Below, piece after piece: positions 28,520 through 38,697 of a DNA stretch of 64,000 nucleotides. The stretch comes from Candidatus Poribacteria bacterium. Lineage in GTDB: Bacteria; Poribacteria; WGA-4E; WGA-3G. The notes under the pieces were generated by a model. The model was given only the letters and a program-made list of their open reading frames with translations. It was not told where the DNA came from and did not search any database. The first letter of the stretch is position 1, and every line of letters starts with the position of its first letter. The translations under genes were made by a program, and so were the position numbers. The stretch lies in assembly GCA_965197475.1 (NCBI GenBank), contig CBDANF010000003.1:2720001-2784000 (forward strand), given 5' to 3'.

Positions 28520-29182
28520 GTGATAGAAATTAATACCTTCCGCGAGACACTCAAAACGAAAATTATCGGAAATCCGCATATAGAATTCTATCCTGAAGTA
28601 TCATCAACCAATGACATTGCAATCGCACGCGGAAAAGTTGACAGTACCAAAGAAGGAACACTCATCATCGCCGATCACCAAACCGCAGGACGTGGCAGAT
28701 ACGGCAGAACATGGGAGGCACTACTCGGAAAATGTATTCTCGCGTCTGTAGTTTTTAGACATCGACTGAAACAGGAACACGTGTATCTACCGAACCTCAT
28801 CGGAGCACTCTCTATAGCACAAGGCATACATGCTATTACCGAACTTGCGGCACGGATTAAACAGCCAAATGATGTTCGGATTGCGAATAAGAAAGTTGCG
28901 GGTGTCCTAACAGAACTTGAATACGACCAGCATCGTCAACCTTTCTTCGTGTTAGGATTCGGTGTTAATGTCAACATCACGGAGGCAGAATTCGCACCAG
29001 CACTTCGTAAAACCGCAACATCATTACGGATTGCTGCTTCAGAAACTGCCAACGTTGAAATCTGCCGAGTAACACTCTTACAAACAATTTTGCATCGTCT
29101 TGAAGAAAACTATCTGCTTTTGAAATCTGGAAATACTCCACTGATCGACGACCAAGTGAAAGTATGGGAAGAAACAGAATGA
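28520..29182 (+). CDS. birA: Biotin--[acetyl-CoA carboxylase] ligase (catalytic domain only)
   Basis: SSTND, QTAGRGRYGRTW, IKQPND, KKVAGVL, GFGVNVN. Confidence 0.9.
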   Translation: MIEINTFRETLKTKIIGNPHIEFYPEVSSTNDIAIARGKVDSTKEGTLIIADHQTAGRGRYGRTWEALLGKCILASVVFRHRLKQEHVYLPNLIGALSIAQGIHAITELAARIKQPNDVRIANKKVAGVLTELEYDQHRQPFFVLGFGVNVNITEAEFAPALRKTATSLRIAASETANVEICRVTLLQTILHRLEENYLLLKSGNTPLIDDQVKVWEETE

Positions 29183-29616
29183 AAATACTTGTCAGTGCGT
29201 GCCTTCTCGGTGTAAATTGCCGATACGACGGAGGCAACAGCCTCGATGAAAATGCAATGCAACGCCTACAGATAGACGAACTTATACCGGTCTGCCCTGA
29301 AGAAACAGGTGGTCTACCCACACCGCGTCCTCCCGTCGAAATTGTTGGTGGCGATGGGAATGATGTTTTAGATGGTAAGGCGAAAGTGATAACCGCCGAT
29401 GGCGAAGATAAAACCGAAGAATTTTTGAAAGGCGCGCGGCACGCGCTTGAGTTAGCACAAACACAAGGGGCAACCTGCGTTATCCTCAAATCCAAAAGTC
29501 CGTCTTGTGGTTGTGGTGCCATCTATGATGGATCATTTTCGGGAACGCTTATCTCAGGAGATGGCGTTACGACTGCGCTACTCAAACGCCACGGAATAGA
29601 GGTTATTTCAATGTAG
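29179..29616 (+). CDS. DUF523 / 2-thiouracil desulfurase family protein
   Basis: VSACLLG..CRYDG, PVCPE..GGLPTPR, LKSKSPSCG, GDGVT. Confidence 0.88.
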   Translation: MKILVSACLLGVNCRYDGGNSLDENAMQRLQIDELIPVCPEETGGLPTPRPPVEIVGGDGNDVLDGKAKVITADGEDKTEEFLKGARHALELAQTQGATCVILKSKSPSCGCGAIYDGSFSGTLISGDGVTTALLKRHGIEVISM

Positions 29617-29638
29617 GGGATATACGATAGCGAAGGTG

Positions 29639-30412
29639 TTAGCCAATCAATTTCCGAACCTGTTCCCCAATATCAAGACTGCGCATCAGCGATTCACCTA
29701 CTAAAATAGCGTTTATACCCGCTTCGCGCAAAGACTCCACATCAGCACGCGTATAGATACCGCTCTCACTGACAACAACCTTCCCCGAAGGAATAGATTC
29801 ACGTAACCTGAAAGTCGTTGCTAAATCTGTATGAAAAGTGCGCAAATCTCTATTGTTAATACCTATAATCTCTGCCCCCGTCTCTAACGCAACCGCCAAC
29901 TCCGCTTCTGTATGCACCTCTACCAGAGATGCCAACGAAAGCGATGCAGCGATGTCCATAAATTCACGCAGTTGTTCAGAGGTTAATGCCGCCACAATAA
30001 GTAAAATAGCATCTGCACCTGCCACTCGTGCTTGAAAAATGTGATACGGATCAATCGTAAAATCTTTTCGTAGCAGTGGTACGTCTACAACTTTTCGGAT
30101 AGAGGAAAGATAATCAAGACTCCCATCAAAAAAACGAACATCTGTCAACACAGAAATGGCTGCCGCACCGTTCTCCGCGTAAGTTTCAGCTATATGAATT
30201 GGGTCAAAATCTTTTCGGATGATGCCTTTGCTTGGGGATTTTTTCTTTACCTCGGCAATGAGATTGATATTGTCAGATTGTGCAAGTGCAGACCGAAAAT
30301 CTTTCGTAGGTAGTAGGTTTGCAAGTTTTGATTTTAGAGTGGCAAGCGGCACCTGTTCCTGTTCGATTTGCAGTTCTTTCCGTTTATGGGCTATGATGGT
30401 GTCCAATATCAA
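29639..30412 (-). CDS. trpC: Indole-3-glycerol phosphate synthase
   Basis: IAEVKKKSPSKG, SVLTD, LRKDF, GINNRDL, SESGI. Confidence 0.95.
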   Translation of the reverse strand: MILDTIIAHKRKELQIEQEQVPLATLKSKLANLLPTKDFRSALAQSDNINLIAEVKKKSPSKGIIRKDFDPIHIAETYAENGAAAISVLTDVRFFDGSLDYLSSIRKVVDVPLLRKDFTIDPYHIFQARVAGADAILLIVAALTSEQLREFMDIAASLSLASLVEVHTEAELAVALETGAEIIGINNRDLRTFHTDLATTFRLRESIPSGKVVVSESGIYTRADVESLREAGINAILVGESLMRSLDIGEQVRKLIG

Positions 30413-30422
30413 AAGATTTCCC

Positions 30423-31433
30423 TCATTTATTTGATACCGATTTCAAACCTTCCAGTTTCTCCAACGCACTTCCAGAATCAATAGAAACAGTGGCAAGCTC
30501 CAGTCCATTTTCAAGACTCTCTGCTTTTCCACCCGCAACAATTGCAGCAGCAGCATTTAACAACACAATATCTCGTTTAGAGCCTTTTTCACCTTTAAGA
30601 ATACTTGTTGTGATCTCCGCATTTTCTTCCGGCGTGCCCCCGAGAAGTGACGCGGGTTCAGCCTTTTGCATCCCAAGAGTTGTCGGATCAAGTGTATAGT
30701 TTTTTACTTCGCCATTCGCAAGTTCCGAGACGCGCGTCGTGGTCGTAGTCGTGATTTCGTCTAAGCCGTCGTCCCCATGCACCACAAATGCATGCTGTGT
30801 TCCAAGATTGTTGAGGACATTCGCGTGCACCTCTGTCAGTTCCTGTGCATAAACGCCAAGAACCTGTGCCTTCGCACCTGCTGGATTGGTAAGCGGTCCG
30901 ATTGCATTGAAAATTGTGCGGATACCGATTTCTCTACGAGGTCCAATAGCATATTTCATCGCACCATGCAGCATCGGCGCATAAAGAAAACCGATACCAA
31001 TCTCATCAATGCACTGCCCCACGTGTTCAGGCGGAATCTCAATATTCACACCCAATGCCATCAACACGTTTGCACTTCCACTTTGCCGAGTTACACCTCT
31101 GTTACCGTGTTTAGCAACAGGAACACCCGCTCCTGCAACAACAAATGCTGAGGTTGTTGAAATGTTGAATGAGTGCAATCCCGTGCCACCTGTACTACAG
31201 GTATCAACGAGCAACGACTGTTGTGTCGGGATAGTGGTGGCTTTGGTGCGCATGACGCGAGCTGCCCCCGTAATTTCTTTTATCGTTTCCCCTTTGAGTC
31301 GCAGTGCTGTCAGGAAGCAAGCAATTTGTGCATCTGTCGTTTGCCCCTCCATGATCTCATCCATTGTCCCGACCATTTCTGCTTCGGTCAAAGAATTCCC
31401 ATCAATTACCTTCTGAATAGCTTCACGAATCAC
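30423..31433 (-). CDS. trpD: Anthranilate phosphoribosyltransferase
   Basis: DTCSTGGTG..FNIST, AKHGNR, RTIFN.IGPLTNP, GLDEI. Confidence 0.95.
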   Translation of the reverse strand: MIREAIQKVIDGNSLTEAEMVGTMDEIMEGQTTDAQIACFLTALRLKGETIKEITGAARVMRTKATTIPTQQSLLVDTCSTGGTGLHSFNISTTSAFVVAGAGVPVAKHGNRGVTRQSGSANVLMALGVNIEIPPEHVGQCIDEIGIGFLYAPMLHGAMKYAIGPRREIGIRTIFNAIGPLTNPAGAKAQVLGVYAQELTEVHANVLNNLGTQHAFVVHGDDGLDEITTTTTTRVSELANGEVKNYTLDPTTLGMQKAEPASLLGGTPEENAEITTSILKGEKGSKRDIVLLNAAAAIVAGGKAESLENGLELATVSIDSGSALEKLEGLKSVSNK

Positions 31434-31712
31434 GCAACGTCCCTCCCAGAAATTTTCTATGTTCTATCAGTAATAATATCTCATATCTGTTTATTTCAAG
31501 AATAGTAAGGTCATTTAGTTTTCTAAAAATTTAGATTTTCGACTTAAGACTCTCCGCTGTAGGAACGACCATAGCCATCAATTTAGCGTGTGCAATGTCC
31601 AACTAACATTGTAGGGTAGGGTCCCTGTGCGCCGCCCTACAGTAAAAACACAAAAGATTCTTCGTCCATTGAACCCATGTGCCGAAATATTTACACACCC
31701 TCAACCATCCTT

Positions 31713-32423
31713 TTATTTTACAATTTCTGCCAACTTTGATCCTAAGTATTGCTGCAAAACGGGATAAACTTCAGTTTGTCTCTGGTTTCGTTGCTGCCGG
31801 AAACAATCGGCTAAATCCCTACAAAAAGCAAGTAATTTGTCAGAATCGTTGGCGTGCATCTGGTAAAAAAGAAGTTTATAGTGAGCGATGGTTGTGTGTT
31901 GCGGGGTTGCGTTGTCTAAAATTTGCTGACAGTTAGTTCGCTCCCGATCAAGTAGATCTTCAGCACACCATCCTAATTGCACAAGTGTCCAATTCGTCAT
32001 ATATTGGGTAATCGCTTCAATAACCGAGCTATAAGGGGGTGAGACATCTCCACCAATCCAACAATGAAACAACTCATGCACAAAAAAATGGTACGCTAAA
32101 TCTCGTTCTCCTTGTGTAAGACCATAGTTCGGTGGAAATTCACAAATAAATTTAATTTCTATAGTGTTATCTTCAAGGGAATGGATTGCTTTGTTGATCT
32201 CAGCTCTTGCACTCAACTTGTTAACTGCACAGATTCGGTCTTCGATTTCAATAATAATATCCAAGCCTGGTCCCATGAGTTTTTCAAATTCATGATAGGC
32301 TTGTTCTAATAATTCAAGCACCGTTTCAGGTGTCCACGGACGCTTTGCTTCTGTTTTATAGATAAAATGCTCTGAAGATGCACTTGCGACCCATTTCCTA
32401 TTCATCATTGGTGGAATTTCCAT
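31713..32423 (-). CDS. Hypothetical protein with a gluzincin-like HExxH...E motif
   Basis: FVHELFHCW followed by IEAITQY; start uncertain. Confidence 0.6.
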   Translation of the reverse strand: MEIPPMMNRKWVASASSEHFIYKTEAKRPWTPETVLELLEQAYHEFEKLMGPGLDIIIEIEDRICAVNKLSARAEINKAIHSLEDNTIEIKFICEFPPNYGLTQGERDLAYHFFVHELFHCWIGGDVSPPYSSVIEAITQYMTNWTLVQLGWCAEDLLDRERTNCQQILDNATPQHTTIAHYKLLFYQMHANDSDKLLAFCRDLADCFRQQRNQRQTEVYPVLQQYLGSKLAEIVK

Positions 32424-32449
32424 AATCGTCTTGGTGAAGTGCAAAAAGA

Positions 32450-35029
32450 TTAGGAACGTCTCATGTCAATACGCCGTAGTGCAATATCAATAAGCAACAA
32501 GAATAGGGCGGTGATAAGGAAAGGTCGCCACAGATGAATTCGAAGGACTACGGGATTTTCTGGGGCACGAAACGCATCCTCGGCAGAAATATTGAATTTT
32601 CCATCAGACACGGTTGAGAGCTGCGTTAGCAGCGGTTCATTAGCGTTGTGAACAAGATACTCTTCAGGATAGGAGACAACAGTCCCAGTTACTTGAGTAT
32701 TGACGATTTCTCCTGCCTGTTTCTGCATGATGTTCAAGAAATAGGGACCGACCTCTTGCGTTGGAAAGTCAAGCTCATACCGTCCAGGCGAGGTTTGGGA
32801 GACCGTTAGCTGCTTCTTTTTGAGATCTGGACCAATAAGCGAAATTTCGCTATCCAATTCGTTCAGAAACTCACCGGTTTCACTGAGCGCATCAATAGCA
32901 AGATGTGCAACACCTTTTTCTTTCGTGATTTCAGCTTGGAAATTGCTAAGTGTTGTTTTTCGCATTGTATCACGGACTAGCTGCGTCCAAAATTTGCCAT
33001 AGCCGGGCCATTCTAACCAATCCGAAGCCCATCGCGCTTTAGCATCGGATGTGAATGCGGCAACTTTTCCTAAACCGTATTGCCAACTTGCCAGAACAGG
33101 ATCCCCACGGTCGGAAACAAGAAAAATTTCAGCAGTGGGACGTGGTTGGGTTGCTACGTACCCGAGTAGGAACGGTGCAAGTTCAAGATCAATACCGCTC
33201 AACGCTTGGGTCGGTTTAATGCGTTGCGGTATAAAAGGCACGTCAATGATAGCAGATTTTGAAGCGGTCACGGTCTCTTTTGCAAATATCTGCGGCACGT
33301 TGTACGGGTCTTGTGTAAAATAGTCACGTCCGCCGCCCCATTTTGCCAGATCACCAAGCATATTCATGTCTGCACCACTGCCGATCCCCACTGTGGAAAT
33401 CGTGATACGTTCCGAGTGCATAGAATTTGCGATGCCATACCAGTCCCCAGGTTGAGAGTGCCCATCACTCAAAACGATGACGTGCTTCAGTTTGGCAGTT
33501 GTCTCAGTCAAGGCATAATACGCCTGTTGCAGTGCCGGATACAGATTAGTGCCACCACTTGCCACGATTGACCCAACCTGATTCGAAATGAACGCTTTAT
33601 CTGACGCGTCATGCATCTCTGTAATCCAGAACGAGGAACCGTCAAAAGCGATAACACCAATTTTATCGCGCTGCCCAAGCAGTTCTACAGTGGCGCGTGC
33701 TGCCTCTTTTGCTAATTCAATCTTAATACCACCCATACTTCCAGATTTGTCTATCACCAACACCATCGCTAAAGAGGGGGTTTCCTTCTTCTTTTCAGTG
33801 TCGGTGCGTACAGGCAAAATCTCTTCAATTGGGGTTTTATAGTAGCCGCCAAGTCCATAACTGTTTTCGCTACCGAGCATCATGAAGCCGCCACCAAGGT
33901 CCTGCACATAAGTACGAATAAGTTCCATCTGCTTTTCGTTGAGGCGGTTAGCAGGAACGTCACTAAAGATTACAAGTTCATAGTTTTGTAGATCCGCAAG
34001 CTCATCCGGAACACCCAAGCCATTACGAACATCAACGCGAATCTTTGCATCCTCAAGCACTCGCGTTAAGTATCGGGTTTGCGACTCGTTCTCATCAATT
34101 AGGAGAATTTTGGGTTTACCGGAGACAGATACGATACCGAATGCTCTATTGTTGTCATAGCGAGTATCCTGTGTTGATCGGCAGATTACGTCGTAGGTCA
34201 ATGTGCCGCTTTCCATAGAGGTTTCAGAAAAAACCACACGATTTTCACCTTCAACAAGCCGCACCTCCTTTTTAGATGCCTCAAATTTGTTCTTGGACAG
34301 ACGAATTTCAGCAATATCCTCATGGTTGCTGTGGATAAGCACTTCAAGATTAAAGGGAGCACCCTGTTTTACCTGTGCAGGTGCTTCAATTCGCTGCACC
34401 ATTACTTCAGGTTCATCACTTGGATATATCGGCACCGTGTCAATCTGTATACCGAACTCTTTCCCGCGAAGTCCGGTGTGTATCGCATCACCTTGTGTCT
34501 CAATACCGTCCGTTATAAGGACAATGCGCTTGTTTGCGTTCGCCGGAAAAACACTCCAGGCTGTTTCAATTGCTTGGGCGATATTTGTCGTGTCACCAAC
34601 GTCTTCATCAACATCTAACCAAGCTTGCTTAGTATCAGCGAGCTTTAATTCACCTTCAAATTTTTGCTCATTTTCAGCCTGAGAGGTTTGAAGTATTTCC
34701 GCTTTATCTGTAAACGCTATTATACCGGTTTGCTGAGTCCCAGTACGTAATTTGAGTGCTTCGTTGATAAAATCTGTTGATTTTGTCAAGCCATCTTCTG
34801 AAATGCTATCTGAAATATCCGTAAGGAACATAACTGCTAATTTATCATCAGTTTTCAGGTATTGGACATCCGCTACACTCAAGATAAGGAGCAGCACAAT
34901 GATGATTCTGATACCCAGGCTAATCAACCGCTGGGGACGTGACAAATCTACAAGGCTGCGTCGGTAACCATAGTAGAGGACAGGCAGCAAAAGTAGCAGT
35001 AAAAGCAAAAGTGGTCGTGTAATTTCCAT
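32450..35029 (-). CDS. Membrane VWA-domain protein (two VWA domains plus a GATase-like domain)
   Basis: DISDS and DKSGSM MIDAS motifs; ITDG and LSDG; terminal TM helices. Confidence 0.85.
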   Translation of the reverse strand: MEITRPLLLLLLLLLPVLYYGYRRSLVDLSRPQRLISLGIRIIIVLLLILSVADVQYLKTDDKLAVMFLTDISDSISEDGLTKSTDFINEALKLRTGTQQTGIIAFTDKAEILQTSQAENEQKFEGELKLADTKQAWLDVDEDVGDTTNIAQAIETAWSVFPANANKRIVLITDGIETQGDAIHTGLRGKEFGIQIDTVPIYPSDEPEVMVQRIEAPAQVKQGAPFNLEVLIHSNHEDIAEIRLSKNKFEASKKEVRLVEGENRVVFSETSMESGTLTYDVICRSTQDTRYDNNRAFGIVSVSGKPKILLIDENESQTRYLTRVLEDAKIRVDVRNGLGVPDELADLQNYELVIFSDVPANRLNEKQMELIRTYVQDLGGGFMMLGSENSYGLGGYYKTPIEEILPVRTDTEKKKETPSLAMVLVIDKSGSMGGIKIELAKEAARATVELLGQRDKIGVIAFDGSSFWITEMHDASDKAFISNQVGSIVASGGTNLYPALQQAYYALTETTAKLKHVIVLSDGHSQPGDWYGIANSMHSERITISTVGIGSGADMNMLGDLAKWGGGRDYFTQDPYNVPQIFAKETVTASKSAIIDVPFIPQRIKPTQALSGIDLELAPFLLGYVATQPRPTAEIFLVSDRGDPVLASWQYGLGKVAAFTSDAKARWASDWLEWPGYGKFWTQLVRDTMRKTTLSNFQAEITKEKGVAHLAIDALSETGEFLNELDSEISLIGPDLKKKQLTVSQTSPGRYELDFPTQEVGPYFLNIMQKQAGEIVNTQVTGTVVSYPEEYLVHNANEPLLTQLSTVSDGKFNISAEDAFRAPENPVVLRIHLWRPFLITALFLLLIDIALRRIDMRRS

Positions 35030-35337
35030 ATTTCCGTGTTATTTTAGAGAAGTTTTGATAGTGACGGCGGAGTGGGTTGATAAGTCTATCCAACGTTAAA
35101 AGTATACCATAGAAATTCTGAGGATAGCAACACAAATTAGGGCATTTCAGACCTATCCAATTGTCACGAAATACGCTTACGGGAGGACTTTCTAACCCCG
35201 ACTTTGTGGATAACAGACAGAATCCCGATTCCTACATGCAAAACCAAAACCTGAATGTCTCTGTACAATCAGGTTAATTGGGATAGTTCCCAAACTAATG
35301 GAGTGTCTACCGAAATTTTGCGGGTAAAGGTCGCTAT

Positions 35338-35394
35338 TCGGAGATCGCTCCTACAGAACAACCCTCTTTGTAGGAGGGAACTCTGATTCCCGAC
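35338..35394. repeat. REP pair (tcggagatcgctcctac / gtaggagggaactc.gattcccgac); also at 40471-40535 and partially at 23994-24012
   Basis: Near-identical intergenic GTAG hairpins. Confidence 0.75.
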
Positions 35395-35726
35395 TACTGA
35401 CACTACTCACAATTTTAACCCAAGTTGCTACGGACAAGATTTTAGACATGCAGACACCGTTTTAATCGAAAATAGTTCATTATTCGGTAAGATTTAGTAG
35501 CACAAACTGTCAGTTTGCGCACTCACAAACACAATCTAAATGAAGATTAAAAAATAAATTCGGCTGACATTTATCAGAATAACGGAGAATCCACTAAATA
35601 TCACTACAAAGAGGGTCTCAAGCCATGAAAATGCGTTTATTTTGAAAATTTGCCTTGATTTAAAATGCATGAGTTGCCATCCTAATTATAAAATTCATAT
35701 ATTGATTATACTTAGGAGGACATCTC

Positions 35727-35804
35727 ATGCATCAACAGATTATCAAATCTGTGAAGTTTTTTCAACACGAACTCAGGTTCGCTCACAATCCACCCATAGA
35801 TTGA
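35727..35804 (+). CDS. Putative 25-aa small ORF (MHQQIIKSVKFFQHELRFAHNPPID)
   Basis: AGGAGG SD at normal spacing; lies directly upstream of the 35815 ORF. Confidence 0.35.
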   Translation: MHQQIIKSVKFFQHELRFAHNPPID

Positions 35805-35814
35805 AAGGATCGCA

Positions 35815-36189
35815 ATGCCGAATTACCCCCCGATTTTTAGACCTTTGACGGAAGAAGAGATGCGTGAGAAAGAATTTAGTGAGGAGATGATCGTTTATGC
35901 GAATGAGCTCACGCAACAGCGCGATTTATTGCTCGCTCAAGCCATCCGCGAGCTTGGTAAAAATGTTAATCTATACGCTGATCACAATAAATATAAATCT
36001 GATAATATCGTCAAAGGTTATCAGATCACATCGCTTCAACAGCAATTAGCTCAAGAAAAAACTGCATCGGCTGAAGTGAAGAATCAACTCGCGTGGTTCA
36101 AAAAACGATACGGCTCGCAGGTTAATCCCACAAGTAAAAATAAACTCAATTTCTTCCAGCGGTGGATAGCGAAACTTGCAAGGATATGA
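35815..36189 (+). CDS. Hypothetical coiled-coil protein, possibly phage-derived
   Basis: AAGGA SD; 124-aa ORF with a heptad-rich core. Confidence 0.55.
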   Translation: MPNYPPIFRPLTEEEMREKEFSEEMIVYANELTQQRDLLLAQAIRELGKNVNLYADHNKYKSDNIVKGYQITSLQQQLAQEKTASAEVKNQLAWFKKRYGSQVNPTSKNKLNFFQRWIAKLARI

Positions 36190-36408
36190 TGGATAGATCA
36201 ATTCAACGCTCTCACCCCCGCATATCGTGTGCGATACCTGCTTGAAGAATTCTTGCGTGCTTATGATAGTAACGATTCAGAACAGCAGGTTTCTGTGTCA
36301 GAGCTGCTGGATGGCACAGTGGACAAGATATTATGCGCGCTCAATATTCCTAAACCTGAACCGGTAGGGGATGAATTCCCCTGGTAAAGACGATCTTCCT
36401 CCAAAGGC

Positions 36409-36450
36409 AAAAACCCCCGCTTAGTAGGTGTGGGGGTTTTTTGTTTTGTT
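36409..36450. terminator. Bidirectional rho-independent terminator
   Basis: caaaaacccccgc...gtgggggttttttg hairpin with A and T tracts, between convergent genes. Confidence 0.75.
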
Positions 36451-36453
36451 TCA

Positions 36454-37647
36454 CTAATGGTGCGTGGCGGCTTGGGGACAATTCGGGCTGCCATCATAGC
36501 ACATATCGCAATTCGGAGTCTGGTCCGGATCATTTATAAAACCGACACCGTTGGGACCGTAGACAGATACCGGAGGCGCGGTTGTATCGCCACCGCCACA
36601 ATTGGACTTATACCCCCTAATCCCGCTCACCCAATAAACATAACGACCGCGATAATCTGTGGTAAAGGAATAATACGGCACATATACATGATCAGCCTTT
36701 GTGGCGGGATCATCGCACTTGCGATACGGTTTGCCACAGACACCTAATACTTTCATCCCTACAATGCCTGGCCGATAGGTTATTTTTATTTTACAATACT
36801 TAACCTCATGCTTATCTACATCCCTCGGACGACACGTCCAGTACGTATCACTACAGCCTAAACAACACGCTTGGTGAATTGTCGCATACTCCGCCAGCAT
36901 ATTAAGCGGTGCTTCTGTGCCAATTACACGTGTTATGGGATCCCTGATTAGAGGTATTCCTAGGGCAGTCCACTCTGCGTTTCCGATATCGCTTAGTGTA
37001 TACTCGCGGTTATGCCACCAATCATTACAAGCACCACCACATCTAACACCAATCGGAGGGATATTCTGTTGCATGGTGGATAAGTCATCCAGGTCGTTCT
37101 TAGGTGGCACAGGATTCGGAGGGTTATCGTTCTCGTATTTGTGTCTCCAACGCTTTGCGTATTCTTCGTAGAACTTATCCCTATCGGAATAGGCACCGGC
37201 GATCTTATTATTTTGAGCATCTATCTCAACCCACTTGTCTATAAACTCAAGGTAAATCTCAAAATGTTTACCTTCATCAAGCAGATCTGAAATTTTATCC
37301 ACAAGCACTATTATCCCAGCAAGCCCAGGTTTTTTCCCTGCTAATAAAGGAATACCAACACCTTTAGCTGCGTCACGAAGTCCTGATCTGTCACGATCCA
37401 GACCTTTTTGAATAGCGTCCTTTTCGTATATCAACAGAGACAATTCAAATCTTGCTGTGAGCAATTTGAGGTCATGATCGGTTTTTGCCGTGTATGTCTC
37501 ATCAAAAGTCGTAATCGTATGCGTTGATCCATAGCTGGTTGGGATGTTAACAGACGGCAGCTCGTGAGCAAAGCTGGGCGTTGCTAACGGAATCACAATT
37601 ACACACATCGCAAGAATGAGGCGGTGTAAATGTTTGAAGTTTAACAT
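36454..37647 (-). CDS. Secreted hypothetical protein with a coiled-coil N-half and Cys/His-rich C-half
   Basis: Signal peptide (SFA-HE); CGGAC, CCLGC, CGKPYRKC, CDMC motifs. Confidence 0.7.
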   Translation of the reverse strand: MLNFKHLHRLILAMCVIVIPLATPSFAHELPSVNIPTSYGSTHTITTFDETYTAKTDHDLKLLTARFELSLLIYEKDAIQKGLDRDRSGLRDAAKGVGIPLLAGKKPGLAGIIVLVDKISDLLDEGKHFEIYLEFIDKWVEIDAQNNKIAGAYSDRDKFYEEYAKRWRHKYENDNPPNPVPPKNDLDDLSTMQQNIPPIGVRCGGACNDWWHNREYTLSDIGNAEWTALGIPLIRDPITRVIGTEAPLNMLAEYATIHQACCLGCSDTYWTCRPRDVDKHEVKYCKIKITYRPGIVGMKVLGVCGKPYRKCDDPATKADHVYVPYYSFTTDYRGRYVYWVSGIRGYKSNCGGGDTTAPPVSVYGPNGVGFINDPDQTPNCDMCYDGSPNCPQAATHH

Positions 37648-37654
37648 TAGACAT

Positions 37655-38697
37655 TAGACATTATAACTAATTAGTTGTCCGTTTGGTTAGTCTCTATTAT
37701 ACTTATTACAATCGGACAATAGGAGGCTAACTCATGATAAGTTTTCAAGAACTAAAGGACAAACCTGATACGCTCCTGTCCCTCACCGGATATACCTTAG
37801 AAGATTGGACTGAACTATCACCTTATTTTACTAAATGTTTTTTAGAGTATGTTCAAACACATACCCTTGCAGGAAAACCGCGCAAAAAACGGAGATATAA
37901 ACCGTATAAAAATAGTCGTTTTGATACACCTGAAGATATGTTGCTATTTATACTGATTTACCTTCGTGAAGCACCGAAACAAGTGCTATTCGGTGCGCTC
38001 TTTGGCATGTCTCAACCTCTTGCTAATAGATGGATTCACTTGCTTTTATCGATATTGAACAAAGCATTAGCAGAACTTGGAGAGTTGCCATCTCGGGAAA
38101 CAGACCCCGCCCCTATATGTGCTCCATCAAAAGTATCAACTCAAAATCAAGAAGGAGAACATTTTTTTCATGATAGCACCGAACGCCCGATACGACGCCC
38201 AAAAGACCCGTCAACTCAAAAGGCGTATTATAGTGGTAAAAAGAAATGCCATACAGTGAAAAATAATCTGATTATCAATGAGACCTGCAAAGTCGTCCTA
38301 TTGACACCTTCTTTTGAAGGAAGACACCCTGACAAACACATAGCCGATATGGTGGGCTATTGTGTGCCACAGGGTAGCACATTGTCCCAAGATACCGGTT
38401 TTCAGGGTTTCGTTCTCCCGGATATAAACATCATTCAACCGAAGAAAAAACCGAGAGGTAGAGAACGGACGAATGAAGAAAAAGAAAACAATAGAAAGAT
38501 AGCGTCTATACGCATACGCGTTGAACATGCGATTAGTGGTGTCAAAAGATGCCGCATTGTCAAAGATAAACTCAGGAATTGGAAGAAAGGGTTTTGTGAT
38601 TTAGTTATGGAAACTTGTTGTGGTTTACACAACTTCCGACTAAACTTTAGACCCTGGCGTTATGAAACTCCTGTTATTTAAATCATTATAATGTCTA
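37655..38697 (+). mobile_element. IS5-family (ISL2-like) insertion sequence
   Basis: 12-bp inverted ends TAGACATTATAA (37655-37666) and TTATAATGTCTA (38686-38697); the outer TA may be the target duplication. Confidence 0.85.
37734..38681 (+). CDS. DDE transposase (HTH_Tnp_4 + DDE_Tnp_4-like)
   Basis: LFGMSQ..ANRWI, HDSTERPIRRP, YSGKKKCHTVK, QDTGFQG, RIRVEHAISGVK. Confidence 0.9.
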   Translation: MISFQELKDKPDTLLSLTGYTLEDWTELSPYFTKCFLEYVQTHTLAGKPRKKRRYKPYKNSRFDTPEDMLLFILIYLREAPKQVLFGALFGMSQPLANRWIHLLLSILNKALAELGELPSRETDPAPICAPSKVSTQNQEGEHFFHDSTERPIRRPKDPSTQKAYYSGKKKCHTVKNNLIINETCKVVLLTPSFEGRHPDKHIADMVGYCVPQGSTLSQDTGFQGFVLPDINIIQPKKKPRGRERTNEEKENNRKIASIRIRVEHAISGVKRCRIVKDKLRNWKKGFCDLVMETCCGLHNFRLNFRPWRYETPVI

